From Candidatus Moraniibacteriota bacterium (GTDB lineage: Bacteria; Patescibacteriota; Minisyncoccia; Moranbacterales; GCA-2747515), in the NCBI GenBank assembly GCA_016699795.1, contig CP065011.1, positions 290,474 through 354,473 on the forward strand: a stretch of 64,000 bases of DNA. The letters are read 5' to 3'. Shown in pieces: positions 8,948-19,532 of the stretch. Position 1 is the stretch's first letter, and each line of letters starts with the position of its first letter. Position numbers and translations under genes: made by a program. The notes beneath the pieces were generated by a model. That model was not told where the DNA came from. It saw only the letters and a program-made list of their open reading frames with translations, and made no database searches.

Positions 8948-11329
8948 CTATTTTTTTACCTTTACTCCTGAAAGTTTTTCGAGATCTTCGAAAAGAATTT
9001 CCCTCACAGCATCAACTTCTTTCCCGGACAAAGTTCGGTCTACAGATCCGAAGACCAAATGATATGCCATACTTTTCCCCTCTTTACTCTCATATAGGTC
9101 AAAGAGTTCTAGAGATCGTAAAAGTTTTTTCGCACTTTTTTGTATAGTTTCTTGAATAATTTTCGCTGTAATTTTTGGAGAAGTTACGAGAAGAGAAATA
9201 TCCCTCATGACACCTGGAAATTTATCCAAAGGAGAATATTTTTCTTGTACATTTTCCCTACATTTGAAAATCGAATCAAAATCAAATCGAGCCAGAGAAG
9301 TAGATACAGGAATTTTCCAAAGCTTTGCAAGATAAGGATGAATCATTCCTACATAACCAATAGTCTTTCCAAAAATTTGCACTTTTGCACTTTGTGATGG
9401 GTGGAAATAAGAGCCTCCTTCGTTTTTCTTCAAAGATTCAAATTCCGTTTCAGAAAAAAATAATTTTTGAGAAAGAGCTTGGATATCCCCCTTGAGAACG
9501 AAAAATCTTCGAGCATTTTCTTCTTTTTTTGTTGTCGAAGAAATCATACCGAATTGAAAAATTTCACAAACACTCGAATCCGATTTTTTCGTATACACTT
9601 TTCCAGCCTCAAACAAAGAAAGCGTGTCGAAACGACGAATGTTTTCTCGAAGAGAACGCATCATATTTACCAATATATCAGAACGAAAAAGTTCTTGATC
9701 AGGACTCATAGGATTGGCAAGTGAGAAATGATTTTCCTCGGGAAGTAAGAATGTTTTTGCAGTTTTTTGCGAATAAAAAGAATATGTTTTTATTTCATCA
9801 TATCCCATGCTTATACAAATATCTTCAATATGTCGTTTTAATTTCAAGGAAGTATTTCTTTCTCCGATTTGAAGAGAAACTTTGGGTGCTACGGCATCAA
9901 TTTTTTCATATCCATAGATTCGTCCTATTTCCTCTATAAGATCCTCTTCATGAGAAATATCTCTTCTTCGTGTTGGAATATGAACCAAGAAAATTTCTTT
10001 TGTTTTTTCTTCCAAAGAAAATCCCAAAGAAAGAAGAATCTTTCGAATTTCCTCTTTTTCTTTTTTAATCCCAAGAAGTCGCTCTACTTGAGCAATTTGA
10101 AGTTCCACCGTTTTAGAAAGTGAAACCTGTGGATACTTGTCACAAACACCCATTATTTTGGCACCTGCATATTCTTTGAAAAGTTCTAAAGCTCTCGATA
10201 CAGCAATAGAGGCTCCATTGGGGTCAATATCACGTTCAAATCGATAAGAACTTTCTGTATCTAACTTATGAAAAATTCTACTTTTTCTTATGGATACAGG
10301 ATGAAACCATGCTCCCTCAAGAAATACTGAAGTTGTATTTTCATCTGTTGCCGAATTTTTTCCACCCATAATACCTGCAAGAGCAAGAATTTCAGTTTTA
10401 TTGGCAATTACAATATCGTTTTGAGAAAGCTCTTTTTTTGATCCATCAAGAAGCTCGAGTGATTCTCCTTCTTTTGCATTTCGAACAAAAAGAGAAGATC
10501 CTGAAATTTTTGCATCAAAAGCATGAAGGGGTTGCCCTGTTTCAAGCATAACATAATTTGTTATGTCCGTAGCAATATTAATACTTTTAATACCACAAAT
10601 AGAAAGACGTGATTGCATCCACGAAGGAGTTGGGGTATCATTTTTTATTTCATAAAGAAGTGCCCCGATATAACGATTGCATCTTTCTTTATTTTCAATT
10701 TCTACAGAAATATTTTTTTCCGAAATCGAAGGTAGCTCATATTTTTCATTATCGAAACGCAAGGTTGTTTTCAAAATACAAGATAATTCTCGGGCGACTC
10801 CAATATGACTCAAAGCATCATGACCACGGCTGGCAAGAATATCGAGTTCAATACTGTCATCTCCTTTTTCAAAAATATCACAAAGCTTTGTCCCCAAAGG
10901 TATAGTTTTGTCCAAAAGAAAAATTCCACTATGATCCTCTCCCAAGCCAAGCTCGTCTTCAGCGCAAAGCATTCCCTCAGATTCAATTCCTCGAATCTTT
11001 GATTTTTTTATACAGAGTCCATGAGGAAGTTCTGTTCCTATAGTAGCAACAGGAACGCTATCGCCAATGGAAATATTATGAGCGCCACACACAATAGAAA
11101 GAATTGTTTTTTCTTGCTGATCAAGAGCAACTTTGGTCAATTGTAGTGTATCAGCATTTGGATGCGAAGAAATCTCAAGAATTTTTCCCACTATCACACC
11201 TTCATGCATACCAGGATTTTTTTCAATACTTTCAACTTCAAAACTATGACGCGTGAAAAGTTCCGCCATTTGTTCGACGGTTATGTTTGTCATTGCTAAT
11301 TCATTGAGCCACGATACAGAATATTTCAT
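8948..11329 (-). CDS. pheT: Phenylalanine--tRNA ligase beta subunit
   Basis: N-terminal tRNA-binding domain VGKILEISSHPNADTLQLTKV, then B3/4 and B5 regions, 793 aa. It sits immediately upstream of pheS. Confidence 0.9.
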   Translation of the reverse strand: MKYSVSWLNELAMTNITVEQMAELFTRHSFEVESIEKNPGMHEGVIVGKILEISSHPNADTLQLTKVALDQQEKTILSIVCGAHNISIGDSVPVATIGTELPHGLCIKKSKIRGIESEGMLCAEDELGLGEDHSGIFLLDKTIPLGTKLCDIFEKGDDSIELDILASRGHDALSHIGVARELSCILKTTLRFDNEKYELPSISEKNISVEIENKERCNRYIGALLYEIKNDTPTPSWMQSRLSICGIKSINIATDITNYVMLETGQPLHAFDAKISGSSLFVRNAKEGESLELLDGSKKELSQNDIVIANKTEILALAGIMGGKNSATDENTTSVFLEGAWFHPVSIRKSRIFHKLDTESSYRFERDIDPNGASIAVSRALELFKEYAGAKIMGVCDKYPQVSLSKTVELQIAQVERLLGIKKEKEEIRKILLSLGFSLEEKTKEIFLVHIPTRRRDISHEEDLIEEIGRIYGYEKIDAVAPKVSLQIGERNTSLKLKRHIEDICISMGYDEIKTYSFYSQKTAKTFLLPEENHFSLANPMSPDQELFRSDILVNMMRSLRENIRRFDTLSLFEAGKVYTKKSDSSVCEIFQFGMISSTTKKEENARRFFVLKGDIQALSQKLFFSETEFESLKKNEGGSYFHPSQSAKVQIFGKTIGYVGMIHPYLAKLWKIPVSTSLARFDFDSIFKCRENVQEKYSPLDKFPGVMRDISLLVTSPKITAKIIQETIQKSAKKLLRSLELFDLYESKEGKSMAYHLVFGSVDRTLSGKEVDAVREILFEDLEKLSGVKVKK

Positions 11330-11468
11330 ACATTCGATTATTATCTATTTTGAACAACTACTTTCAAGAATTCATTTTACTCTATGAGAATTCTTTATTC
11401 CTTCGATCCTTATTATCTTTTTACAGAAATGGAGAAATTTTCTTTTCTATTTCCACTATTACACTTCT

Positions 11469-12491
11469 TTAAAATTGTCGTATAAATCTCAAATCTCCGC
11501 TATGAAACAAACGAATATCATCGATTTTATATTTCATCATGGCTAACCGTTCTACACCAAATCCCCAAGCAAAACCTGTATATCTTCCTCGTTCATATCC
11601 AGCAGAAACAAACACATTTTGATGAACCATTCCAGCGCCACCTACTTCAATCCAGCCAGATTTTTTACAAACACTACAACCAGAGCCTTTGCACACAGTA
11701 CAACTAATATCAAACTCAAAACTTGGCTCAGTAAAAGGAAAATAACTCGGTCTGAGTCGGAGAGTAATATCTTTTTCAAAAAATGTTGAGAAGAAATCTT
11801 GAGCTATAGCCTTAAAATGAGAAACGTGTATATTATCCCCCACTACAAGCGCCTCAAATTGATGAAATGTATGTTCATGAGAAGCATCCGTTGCCTCATT
11901 ACGAAAGATTTTTCCTGGCACAATAATTCGAAATGGTGGAGTATGTTTCTCCATATAGCGAACCTGTACCGCTGATGTTTGTGTTCTCGGAAGAAGTGCA
12001 TTTCCTTTTTCATCTTTCTCTTTCATCCAAAAGGCATCTTGCATATCTCGCGCTGGGTGATCTTTCGGGATATTAAGTGCATCAAAATTATAAAGTTCTT
12101 GTTCAATTTCTGGACCTTCTGCAACCTCGAAACCCAAAGAAAGAAAAATATCTTCGATAGATCGCAGTGTCTTTGTAATAGGATGCAAATGACCAAGTAT
12201 TCTCTTTTCTCCTGGAAGAGTCACATCAATACGTTGAGATTCCCAATCATAAGAATCCTGCTCTTTTTGTTGTATTCTCTTGTCCAAATCAGCCGTTATT
12301 TGTTGCCTCATTGCTTGGAGTTCTGGTCCACATATTCTTTTTTCTTCGGTACTCATTTGTGAAAGTTTTCGAAGTTCTTCGGAAATTTGAGATTTTCTCC
12401 CCAGGTGTTTTGTACGAACACTTTCAAGTTCTATAACTGTTTTCGCGCTATCAGCATCTTTTGCATAATTATCCCACAACGTTTTTTTCAT
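11469..12491 (-). CDS. pheS: Phenylalanine--tRNA ligase alpha subunit
   Basis: Class II aaRS motifs FRNEATDASHEHTFHQFE, PSYFPFTEPSFE and GFAWGFGVERLAMM. Confidence 0.9.
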   Translation of the reverse strand: MKKTLWDNYAKDADSAKTVIELESVRTKHLGRKSQISEELRKLSQMSTEEKRICGPELQAMRQQITADLDKRIQQKEQDSYDWESQRIDVTLPGEKRILGHLHPITKTLRSIEDIFLSLGFEVAEGPEIEQELYNFDALNIPKDHPARDMQDAFWMKEKDEKGNALLPRTQTSAVQVRYMEKHTPPFRIIVPGKIFRNEATDASHEHTFHQFEALVVGDNIHVSHFKAIAQDFFSTFFEKDITLRLRPSYFPFTEPSFEFDISCTVCKGSGCSVCKKSGWIEVGGAGMVHQNVFVSAGYERGRYTGFAWGFGVERLAMMKYKIDDIRLFHSGDLRFIRQF

Positions 12492-12503
12492 ACCTGTTTT
12501 AGT

Positions 12504-13745
12504 TCATTCTTTAGATACATTCAATCGAACAAAATGTTTTTTTCCAATACGAAGAATTTCTCCATTATCCGATAATTCTATCTTCCTTTCCACAAATAAA
12601 CATTTTTCTTCTCCCAAAGAAACACCCCCCTGTTCAATCTTTCTACGAGCATCGCTTTTACTTTCTGCAAATTTATGAGAAACAAGGATATCCATTAAAG
12701 CACTTCCCGAAGCTACTGCAAGAATATCCAATGACTCCGCATTAATATGTTTTTTGGAAAATGTTTCAATAAAATATTCTTTTTCTTTTTCGGCAATTTC
12801 TAAACCATAAAAAATTTTTACAATTTCCTGTGCCAATCGAAGTTTGGCATCACGAAAATTTTCTTTTTCCATAATTTCAGAAATTTCTTTCAAAGATACT
12901 GCCGTACAATGTTTAAAAAGAATCTCTATCATTCCATCACCCTGAGACATTATCTGACCAAACATATTACGACTATCCGCATTCAAAAAAACTCCCGTTC
13001 CCTTACTTTTAGACATAAGTTCTCCTGTTTGAGGATCCTCCATAAGAGTCACAGCAACAACAAATTTTTCTTTATTTTTGCATTTTTTAAGTAGCGTTCT
13101 ACCAGAAAGAGCATTAAAAATCTGATCTGTACCACATAATTCAACATCCACATCCAAAACAACACTGTCATACCCTTGCATCAAGGGATAAAGAAATTCA
13201 TGGAGAAAAACAGGGTCTCCTTTTTGCATACGTTTTTCAAACATATCTCTTTCCAGCATTTGTTGAACAGTAAAATTTGAAGCTAGTCCGATAACTTCAT
13301 CAAATCGCAGTTGAGAGAGCCAGTCAGAATTATAACGAATGCAAGGAGGATTTTCTTCTGTTTCAAAATCCATAAGAGGAATTATCTGTTTTTTCCAAGA
13401 TTCAACATTTTCTTTTACCTCTTCTTTTGTTAATTGTTTTCGTTTCAATGATCCTCCTGTAGGATCTCCTATCATAGCAGTAAAATCTCCAAAAAGAAGA
13501 ATTACTTCATGACCAAGACGACGAAATTTTTCTAAAAGCATAATATTCTTTGCATGCGAAAGGTGCAAAGTTGAAGATGTTGCATCAAAACCGATATAAA
13601 ATTTTAATTTTTCCTCCAAAAGACGTTTACGAAATAACTCTTCAGAAGGTAAAATTTCAACGATAGTTCCTCGAGCAAAGATTTCATCAATACTAGCCTT
13701 TTTTTCTTCTTGGGTCATACTTCTTTTATAGAAAATTACACACAT
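12504..13745 (-). CDS. tyrS: Tyrosine--tRNA ligase (start likely 13718, MTQEEKK)
   Basis: Class I signature GFDATSSTLHLSH, a KMSKS-like LMSKSKGTG, and a C-terminal S4 domain SDARRKIEQGGVSL. Confidence 0.8.
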   Translation of the reverse strand: MCVIFYKRSMTQEEKKASIDEIFARGTIVEILPSEELFRKRLLEEKLKFYIGFDATSSTLHLSHAKNIMLLEKFRRLGHEVILLFGDFTAMIGDPTGGSLKRKQLTKEEVKENVESWKKQIIPLMDFETEENPPCIRYNSDWLSQLRFDEVIGLASNFTVQQMLERDMFEKRMQKGDPVFLHEFLYPLMQGYDSVVLDVDVELCGTDQIFNALSGRTLLKKCKNKEKFVVAVTLMEDPQTGELMSKSKGTGVFLNADSRNMFGQIMSQGDGMIEILFKHCTAVSLKEISEIMEKENFRDAKLRLAQEIVKIFYGLEIAEKEKEYFIETFSKKHINAESLDILAVASGSALMDILVSHKFAESKSDARRKIEQGGVSLGEEKCLFVERKIELSDNGEILRIGKKHFVRLNVSKE

Positions 13746-13879
13746 TCACAAAGTCTTTTAATTACTATCTTCTCTCTCCTCTTTTCAATAAACAAAAAGT
13801 TTATAAAAACAATAGATTTTTAATCCAATACACATGCCATTTATAGTATCACGAAAAAACTGAGATGCAAGAAAAAATT

Positions 13880-14902
13880 TCACCTTTCATCTGTATTCTC
13901 TTTTTCATCATTTTCCTCTTCGGCTTCATCTTTTTTCCTTTCTCTCCTAAATGTCAACACTGTCGGAATCGCCCATAAACTTAGGCCCATCTGTAAAAAT
14001 CGACTGATAATTGCTACTGTTACGGAAATTTCTGGAGCAATTCCGAAATAACCAAAAAAGATATAATACGCCCATTCTTTTACTCCAATATTATTTATAC
14101 TTAAAGGAAAGGCTGAAATGATATTGATAAAGAAGATAATACTCAAGAAATCAATAAAACTAAAAGAAATACCTACTGCAGTAAAAAGGATATAATTAGC
14201 AACACCCACACCAATAAAAGAAAATAAAATACCCAATAAAAAGGATATTGTTGTTAGACGAGTATCCTTAAACTCTTCTATTGATTCTGCAATTTTTGTT
14301 ATTTTCTTCGGTAGAAAGCGAAAAATTAAAGGGAATAATGACCATTTTTTCCCTGGAAGAATAAGAAATTGCGCCACTACACCAAAGACAGCTCCACTAA
14401 AAAGAAAAAGCCATAATGGATTTTCTACAACAAGAGAAATATTCCAAAGAGAAAAAAATATTCCCAAGATAGCCAAAGAAACTAATCCGATATATCTATC
14501 AAAGATAATTCCAGATATAGCATGAGCTCTACTCTTATGAAGCTTCCCCAATGCCATAGCTCTGAATGTATCTCCCCCGATAACAGAGGGAAGGAAATTA
14601 TTCACAAATGTCCCCGCAAGATACCATCGGAAATAGGATGAAAAAGGAAATGTATACCCACAAAATTTTCCAAGGATTTCCCATTTTTTCGCTGATATTG
14701 CAATTCCCAGAATGAGAAATGCCATATACAAAAATAAATACAAAGAATCAAGAGATCGTGCAATCTTCCATGACTCTCGCCAATCAATCATCCTTGCAAG
14801 AAAAAAAATCAATGTTATTGCAACACTTACTTTGAATACTGTTTTTATAAAAGAATTAGTTACTTTCATGAATGATTTCTTTATAAATTTTTCTATATTC
14901 AC
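13880..14902 (-). CDS. UPF0104 / lysyl-PG-synthase-TM-like (flippase-like) membrane protein
   Basis: Multi-TM protein with YLAGTFVNNFLPSVIGGDTFRAMAL, characteristic of the LPG_synthase_TM/flippase-like family. It lies adjacent to glycosyltransferases. Confidence 0.55.
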   Translation of the reverse strand: MNIEKFIKKSFMKVTNSFIKTVFKVSVAITLIFFLARMIDWRESWKIARSLDSLYLFLYMAFLILGIAISAKKWEILGKFCGYTFPFSSYFRWYLAGTFVNNFLPSVIGGDTFRAMALGKLHKSRAHAISGIIFDRYIGLVSLAILGIFFSLWNISLVVENPLWLFLFSGAVFGVVAQFLILPGKKWSLFPLIFRFLPKKITKIAESIEEFKDTRLTTISFLLGILFSFIGVGVANYILFTAVGISFSFIDFLSIIFFINIISAFPLSINNIGVKEWAYYIFFGYFGIAPEISVTVAIISRFLQMGLSLWAIPTVLTFRRERKKDEAEEENDEKENTDER

Positions 14903-16019
14903 TTGCGACAGAACTCCAATTTAATTCTTCAGCTCTCTGTCGACTTTCTCGTCCCATACGAATACAAAGATCAGTATCAGAAAGAAGTACGTCAAGTTTT
15001 TGAGCTATTGACTCAGGACTTCGAAAATCAACAATAAATCCATTTTCACCATTTCGGATCAATTCTTGAGCTCCTCCTGTTGGTGTCATAATAATCGGGA
15101 GTCCGGATGCCATTGCCTCAAGCATACTATTACTCATTCCTTCATTAAGAGATGGGAAAAGAAATATATTCGATGATTGTTGCAATTGAAGTAATTTCGC
15201 ATGATCATATTCACCCGAGAAAGTAATTTTTTCTTTTAAATTCAAAGTCATTACTTGTTGTTTGAGATTTTTTGCTGCATCACCATCTCCCCCAGCGATA
15301 ATCATTTTTGCATGCGGATATTTGTCTGCGATTCTAGAAAAACCCTCGATAGCATATTGTAAACCCTTTCTTTGTGTGAGTCGTGAAGCGCATAAAATAG
15401 TAGGATGTTTCGATGACCGCTTTCCTTCATCAGGAAGAAAAAAATTTGTATCCACTCCATTATAAATAACACCAATTTCTTGATCTGGTTTTGAAATAAG
15501 AGCTAATTGTTTTAGTCCTTCGCTATTAGAAATAACACGAGCAGATTTTTTCCATACAAATCGAATCAGAGGTGTAAGAATTTTGTAAATCCAACGAAAT
15601 TTCTCTGCATATCCAGGAACATCAGCACCTCGAAGCGATACTATAAAAGGAATATGAAATTCCATACTTAAAAGGAGCGCAAGTACACCACAAGGAACTG
15701 AAAAGAAGGCGTGAATAATATCATATTTTTCACCGCGAAGAATTCTTTTACGAATACATCTATACGCTGAAAAAGAATATCTCAAAAGATCTATTTGAGA
15801 TTGTTTTTGCATATTCTTGCCATCTTTTCCAATAGGAAGACGAAAAACTGTTATTCTATCAAATATGTTTGTTTCTACGAAATCTCCATCTACAGCAGAA
15901 GTTATTAAATCTGCATTCATATCTTCATGTTTAGAATATTCTTGCAAAAGATATTTAGTAGCGTTTCCTGCCCCTCCTCCAAGAGGTGGATATTCGTAGT
16001 TAAGAAAAAGAATTCGCAT
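14856..16019 (-). CDS. Glycosyltransferase family 4 (GT-B)
   Basis: The EX7E region FLFPSLNEGMSNSMLEAMASGLPIIMTPTGG is typical of GT4 enzymes. Confidence 0.8.
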   Translation of the reverse strand: MRILFLNYEYPPLGGGAGNATKYLLQEYSKHEDMNADLITSAVDGDFVETNIFDRITVFRLPIGKDGKNMQKQSQIDLLRYSFSAYRCIRKRILRGEKYDIIHAFFSVPCGVLALLLSMEFHIPFIVSLRGADVPGYAEKFRWIYKILTPLIRFVWKKSARVISNSEGLKQLALISKPDQEIGVIYNGVDTNFFLPDEGKRSSKHPTILCASRLTQRKGLQYAIEGFSRIADKYPHAKMIIAGGDGDAAKNLKQQVMTLNLKEKITFSGEYDHAKLLQLQQSSNIFLFPSLNEGMSNSMLEAMASGLPIIMTPTGGAQELIRNGENGFIVDFRSPESIAQKLDVLLSDTDLCIRMGRESRQRAEELNWSSVASEYRKIYKEIIHESN

Positions 16020-16299
16020 GAAATAGCTATTTAATAATTTACTTTCAATATAAGAGAAAAAAGTGTCAAAAAATATGCATTCTTAGAAAAAATTTGAGAT
16101 TCAAAAAATTCCTTCTTTGCACCATTTCCCTTATTTTATATTATACACATATCTATATTTTTCGCAAAAATGAAGGAAAAAATAAAGAAAAATGATTAAT
16201 GAAATTTTTTGCTCTTTCTTCATCATACCCGCGAAGGTAAGGATACATTCCAAATTTGTAACAAAAGAAAATTAATAACAATCCCCTTACGCTCTTATA

Positions 16300-16340
16300 C
16301 ATAAAAAGAGAGTCTTTTTATGTAAGACTCTCTTTTAATC
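16300..16340 (-). terminator. Intrinsic terminator downstream of ugd (bidirectional hairpin)
   Basis: Stems agagagtct (16307-16315) and agactctct (16325-16333) flank a 9-nt loop. A/T runs lie on both sides, giving a U-run on either strand. Confidence 0.45.
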
Positions 16341-16356
16341 TTTCTTTCTTTGAATA

Positions 16357-17697
16357 TTATATATTTTCTAATTTTTCTCCTCTTCCTATAGCAAAATAAA
16401 GGAATCCGCGTTTCTTCATTTCAGAAGGATCATAAAGATTTCGTCCATCAAAAATAAAAGGTGATTTTAGTCGCTTTTTCATATCTTTGAAATCAGGACT
16501 TCGAAAAATTTCCCATTCGGTAAGAATTGCCAAAGCGTCAGCACCTTCGATAGCTTCTTCGGGAGATTTACACAATATAAGACCCTTTTTATCCCCATAA
16601 ATACGTTTTGCTTCCTCTTCTGCTTGAGGGTCATATGCGCGAACAGTTGCACCAGCCTTCCACAAAGCCTCCATTAAAACTCGACTTGAAGCTTCTCGCA
16701 TATCGTCAGTATTTGCTTTAAAAGCAAGTCCCCAGACAGCGATAACTTTTCCCTTAAGATCTTTTTTGAAATGAGCTGAAATCTTTTCAAACAAAAATTT
16801 CTTTTGGTCAGCATTTACCGCTTCCACCATACGAAGAATTCGAAGATCATGTCCACAATCTTTCGCTGTTTTTACAATAGCTTTTACATCTTTAGGAAAA
16901 CATGCTCCTCCATATCCTGGGCCTGGATAAATCCAATGATATCCTATACGAGGATCTGATCCTATGCCTCGTCGAACAGACTCTATATCAGCTCCAAGTT
17001 TTTCAGAAAGTCGAGCTAGATCATTCATAAAACTAATCTTGGTAGCAAGAAGAGCGTTAGCAGCATATTTGGTAAGTTCTGCACTTCGAACATCCATTTC
17101 GATCACTCTTTCATGACTTCTGTTAAAGGGTGCATAAAGCTCTTGAAGCATTTTTCGAGCCTTTGCGCTATCCGTTCCGATAACGATGCGATCTGGATTT
17201 TTAAAATCAGCAACTGCTCGTCCCTCCGCCATAAATTCAGGGTTAGAAACAACATCAAAAAGAATTTTTTTCTTTCGTTTGTGTAATTCTTTCTGAATAG
17301 TATCTTTTACCTTATCTGCAGTCCCAACGGGAACAGTTGATTTGTCTACTACTACTTTATAACCCATCATATTCTCTCCAATACTTTTGGCTACGGCCAA
17401 AACATATTGTAAATCAGCGGATCCATCTTCATCAGGAGGAGTTCCTACAGCAATAAATAAAATATCTCCATGAGTAACCGCAACTTTTGGATCTGATGTA
17501 TAGGAAATTCGTCCAGCTTTTGTGTTTTTCTTAATAAGTGGTTCGAGACCTGGTTCGTAAATAGGCATTTTACCATTTTTAAGCATCTCTATCTTCTTTG
17601 TGTCAGTATCCATGCACATGACATGATTCCCCACTTCTGCCATTGCTCCCGCCATTGGTAATCCTACAAAACCTGTTCCGATAATTGTTATTTTCAT
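16357..17697 (-). CDS. ugd: UDP-glucose 6-dehydrogenase
   Basis: N-terminal Rossmann [16 protein letters not shown], catalytic GGACFPKD, and the UDP-glucose/GDP-mannose dehydrogenase C-terminal domain. Confidence 0.85.
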   Translation of the reverse strand: MKITIIGTGFVGLPMAGAMAEVGNHVMCMDTDTKKIEMLKNGKMPIYEPGLEPLIKKNTKAGRISYTSDPKVAVTHGDILFIAVGTPPDEDGSADLQYVLAVAKSIGENMMGYKVVVDKSTVPVGTADKVKDTIQKELHKRKKKILFDVVSNPEFMAEGRAVADFKNPDRIVIGTDSAKARKMLQELYAPFNRSHERVIEMDVRSAELTKYAANALLATKISFMNDLARLSEKLGADIESVRRGIGSDPRIGYHWIYPGPGYGGACFPKDVKAIVKTAKDCGHDLRILRMVEAVNADQKKFLFEKISAHFKKDLKGKVIAVWGLAFKANTDDMREASSRVLMEALWKAGATVRAYDPQAEEEAKRIYGDKKGLILCKSPEEAIEGADALAILTEWEIFRSPDFKDMKKRLKSPFIFDGRNLYDPSEMKKRGFLYFAIGRGEKLENI

Positions 17698-17721
17698 ATA
17701 GTTTTTTATTCAGATACCGTA

Positions 17722-18681
17722 TTATATCTCCTTTTTCGTAATTCTTTTTATACTATAATTCATTCTTTTGTGATCTTTGTAATATATTTTCGTAACTATA
17801 TCCGCCAAAAGACCAAATATAAAAAACTGAACTCCAATCATAATAAAGAATACTCCCATAAGAGGCCAAATTTTCTCACTAAGCTCAGCTCCAAAAAATA
17901 TTTTTTCAATAGCCATCCAAGTAAGAAGGAATGAGCCCATAAACAAAAGAAGAAGACCCGCTCCCCCAAAAAGATGAACGGGACGATGTGAATATCGATT
18001 CCAAAACCAAACCGAAACCATATCTACAAAGCCCTTAATGCCTCGTTTCCAGTTATATTTGGTTATTCCCTGAGTTCTGGGATGATGACTTACTTTTACC
18101 TCTCCAATACGAAATCCTTGAATTTCAAGAAGTGCTGGGATAAAACGATGCATCTCTCCGTACAAATCTAAATTATCAAAACATTCTCTCCGAAATGCTT
18201 TGAGACTACAACCAGAATCATGGATAGTATCGTGAAGTAAAACCTTTCGAAGTAAATTAGCTCCCCGAGAAAATATTTTTTTGCTCAATGAATCTTTTCG
18301 CTTATGACGCCAACCAGAAACAACATCAAAATCATTTTTTTCTATTTCTTCAAGAAGTAATTTGATATCTGCTGGATCATTTTGCAAATCACCATCCATA
18401 GTAACAATAATTTCTCCCTGAGAAGCTTTAAAACCAGCATCAAATGCTGCTGTCTGACCGAAGTTCCGCCGAAATTCTATGAGAGTAAGAGGTGAAAGAG
18501 CTCGAGCTTCTTCAAGAGTTTTATCATGAGATCCATCATCAACAAAAATAATTTCGTATGGCCTTTTTAAAGCATTACATGCCGAAACAATCTTGGAATG
18601 TAACTTTTCAACATTACCTTCTTCGTTGAACAAGGGGACAACTACTGAGAGAAACGGGCGTGATGTGGACTTTTCTTCCAT
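17722..18681 (-). CDS. GT2 polyprenol-phosphate glycosyltransferase (Dpm1/GtrB/ArnC-like)
   Basis: Motifs VVVPLFNEEGN, FVDDGSHD and DGDLQNDP (DXD), with two C-terminal TM helices. Confidence 0.8.
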   Translation of the reverse strand: MEEKSTSRPFLSVVVPLFNEEGNVEKLHSKIVSACNALKRPYEIIFVDDGSHDKTLEEARALSPLTLIEFRRNFGQTAAFDAGFKASQGEIIVTMDGDLQNDPADIKLLLEEIEKNDFDVVSGWRHKRKDSLSKKIFSRGANLLRKVLLHDTIHDSGCSLKAFRRECFDNLDLYGEMHRFIPALLEIQGFRIGEVKVSHHPRTQGITKYNWKRGIKGFVDMVSVWFWNRYSHRPVHLFGGAGLLLLFMGSFLLTWMAIEKIFFGAELSEKIWPLMGVFFIMIGVQFFIFGLLADIVTKIYYKDHKRMNYSIKRITKKEI

Positions 18682-18744
18682 ACAAAAAATTTTATATACT
18701 TACAATAGTATAGACGCATCCCCAAGAAGAGGCAAGTTTTCGAA

Positions 18745-19532
18745 CTATAAAAATCTCCCCCTTTTCCTCTGAAACTTCCATAGAAAAAAATTCCTTCTTA
18801 TTTTGATGCATAAAAAATTTAAATTTAAATCTAGATCAGAAAAAAATCTTCTTCCTCCCCTCCTAATCCCCACAGTAACCTTCATACTATGTGTAAGACG
18901 ATTCCCTGCTTTATCTGTTACTTTGAGAGTAAGGGTGTAGATTCCATTTGAAACAGATTCAGGGATGATGAAGAAAGAATCTTTTTGTTTGGTATCTTTT
19001 TCCATTCTTTATGATAGGGAGTGAGTTTTACTTGATAGGAGTCTATACCAGAGAAGTTATCTTTTGCAGGAAAGTCTATTCTTGTTCCTCTTGTTACGTT
19101 TTGTGTTTTTGGAAGTTCTGTTTTGAAGGTTGGAGCTTTTCTATCATAGATTACTTTAAACCATTGTGAGATGTCAGATTCATTTCCTGCTTCATCTATA
19201 AGTTTGATAGCATAGTGTCTTGAATCATTTTTTTCTTTTTGGGAGAGAGTATTCCCAATTCCCATCTTTATCTATACGTGCAGTAGCTATTTTTCTTTTT
19301 GCTCCAAGATAGGTTCTTTGATACACAACGATAGTTCCATTCTTTGCTTCTTCATTCCTTCCTTTAAGTTTGGGACGTTCTTTTTGTGTATAGAAGGTTT
19401 CTCCTTCTTCTATGTTTGTTTTCTTTGTTCCTTTGAGTTCGAGAGTGATTTGAGATTTTGGTTCGAGGGTAGGTTCTTTTGTATCTATAGTAGTATCTTC
19501 TGAAGGAGATGTTTGTATGCTTGTACTATTTC
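18745..19532 (-). pseudogene. Frameshifted continuation (Ig-like C-terminal domains) of the 19533-21527 surface-protein gene
   Basis: Manual translation shows the protein continuing after apparent 1-nt indels near 19583, 19250 and 19000, each at an A/T run. One frame reads ..IIHLHLTNLSDGNHIIYIRSTDNVGN..., then track ORFs 18918-19265 and 18745-19005 carry further Ig-like sequence. Confidence 0.5.

Noticed and set aside
16241-16260. A third occurrence of cgcgaaggt, as a possible dispersed repeat with 4164-4180 and 38781-38795.
   Set aside because: Only a 9-mer is shared, which is within chance expectation for a 64-kb window. The two longer (15/16-nt) matches are reported separately.
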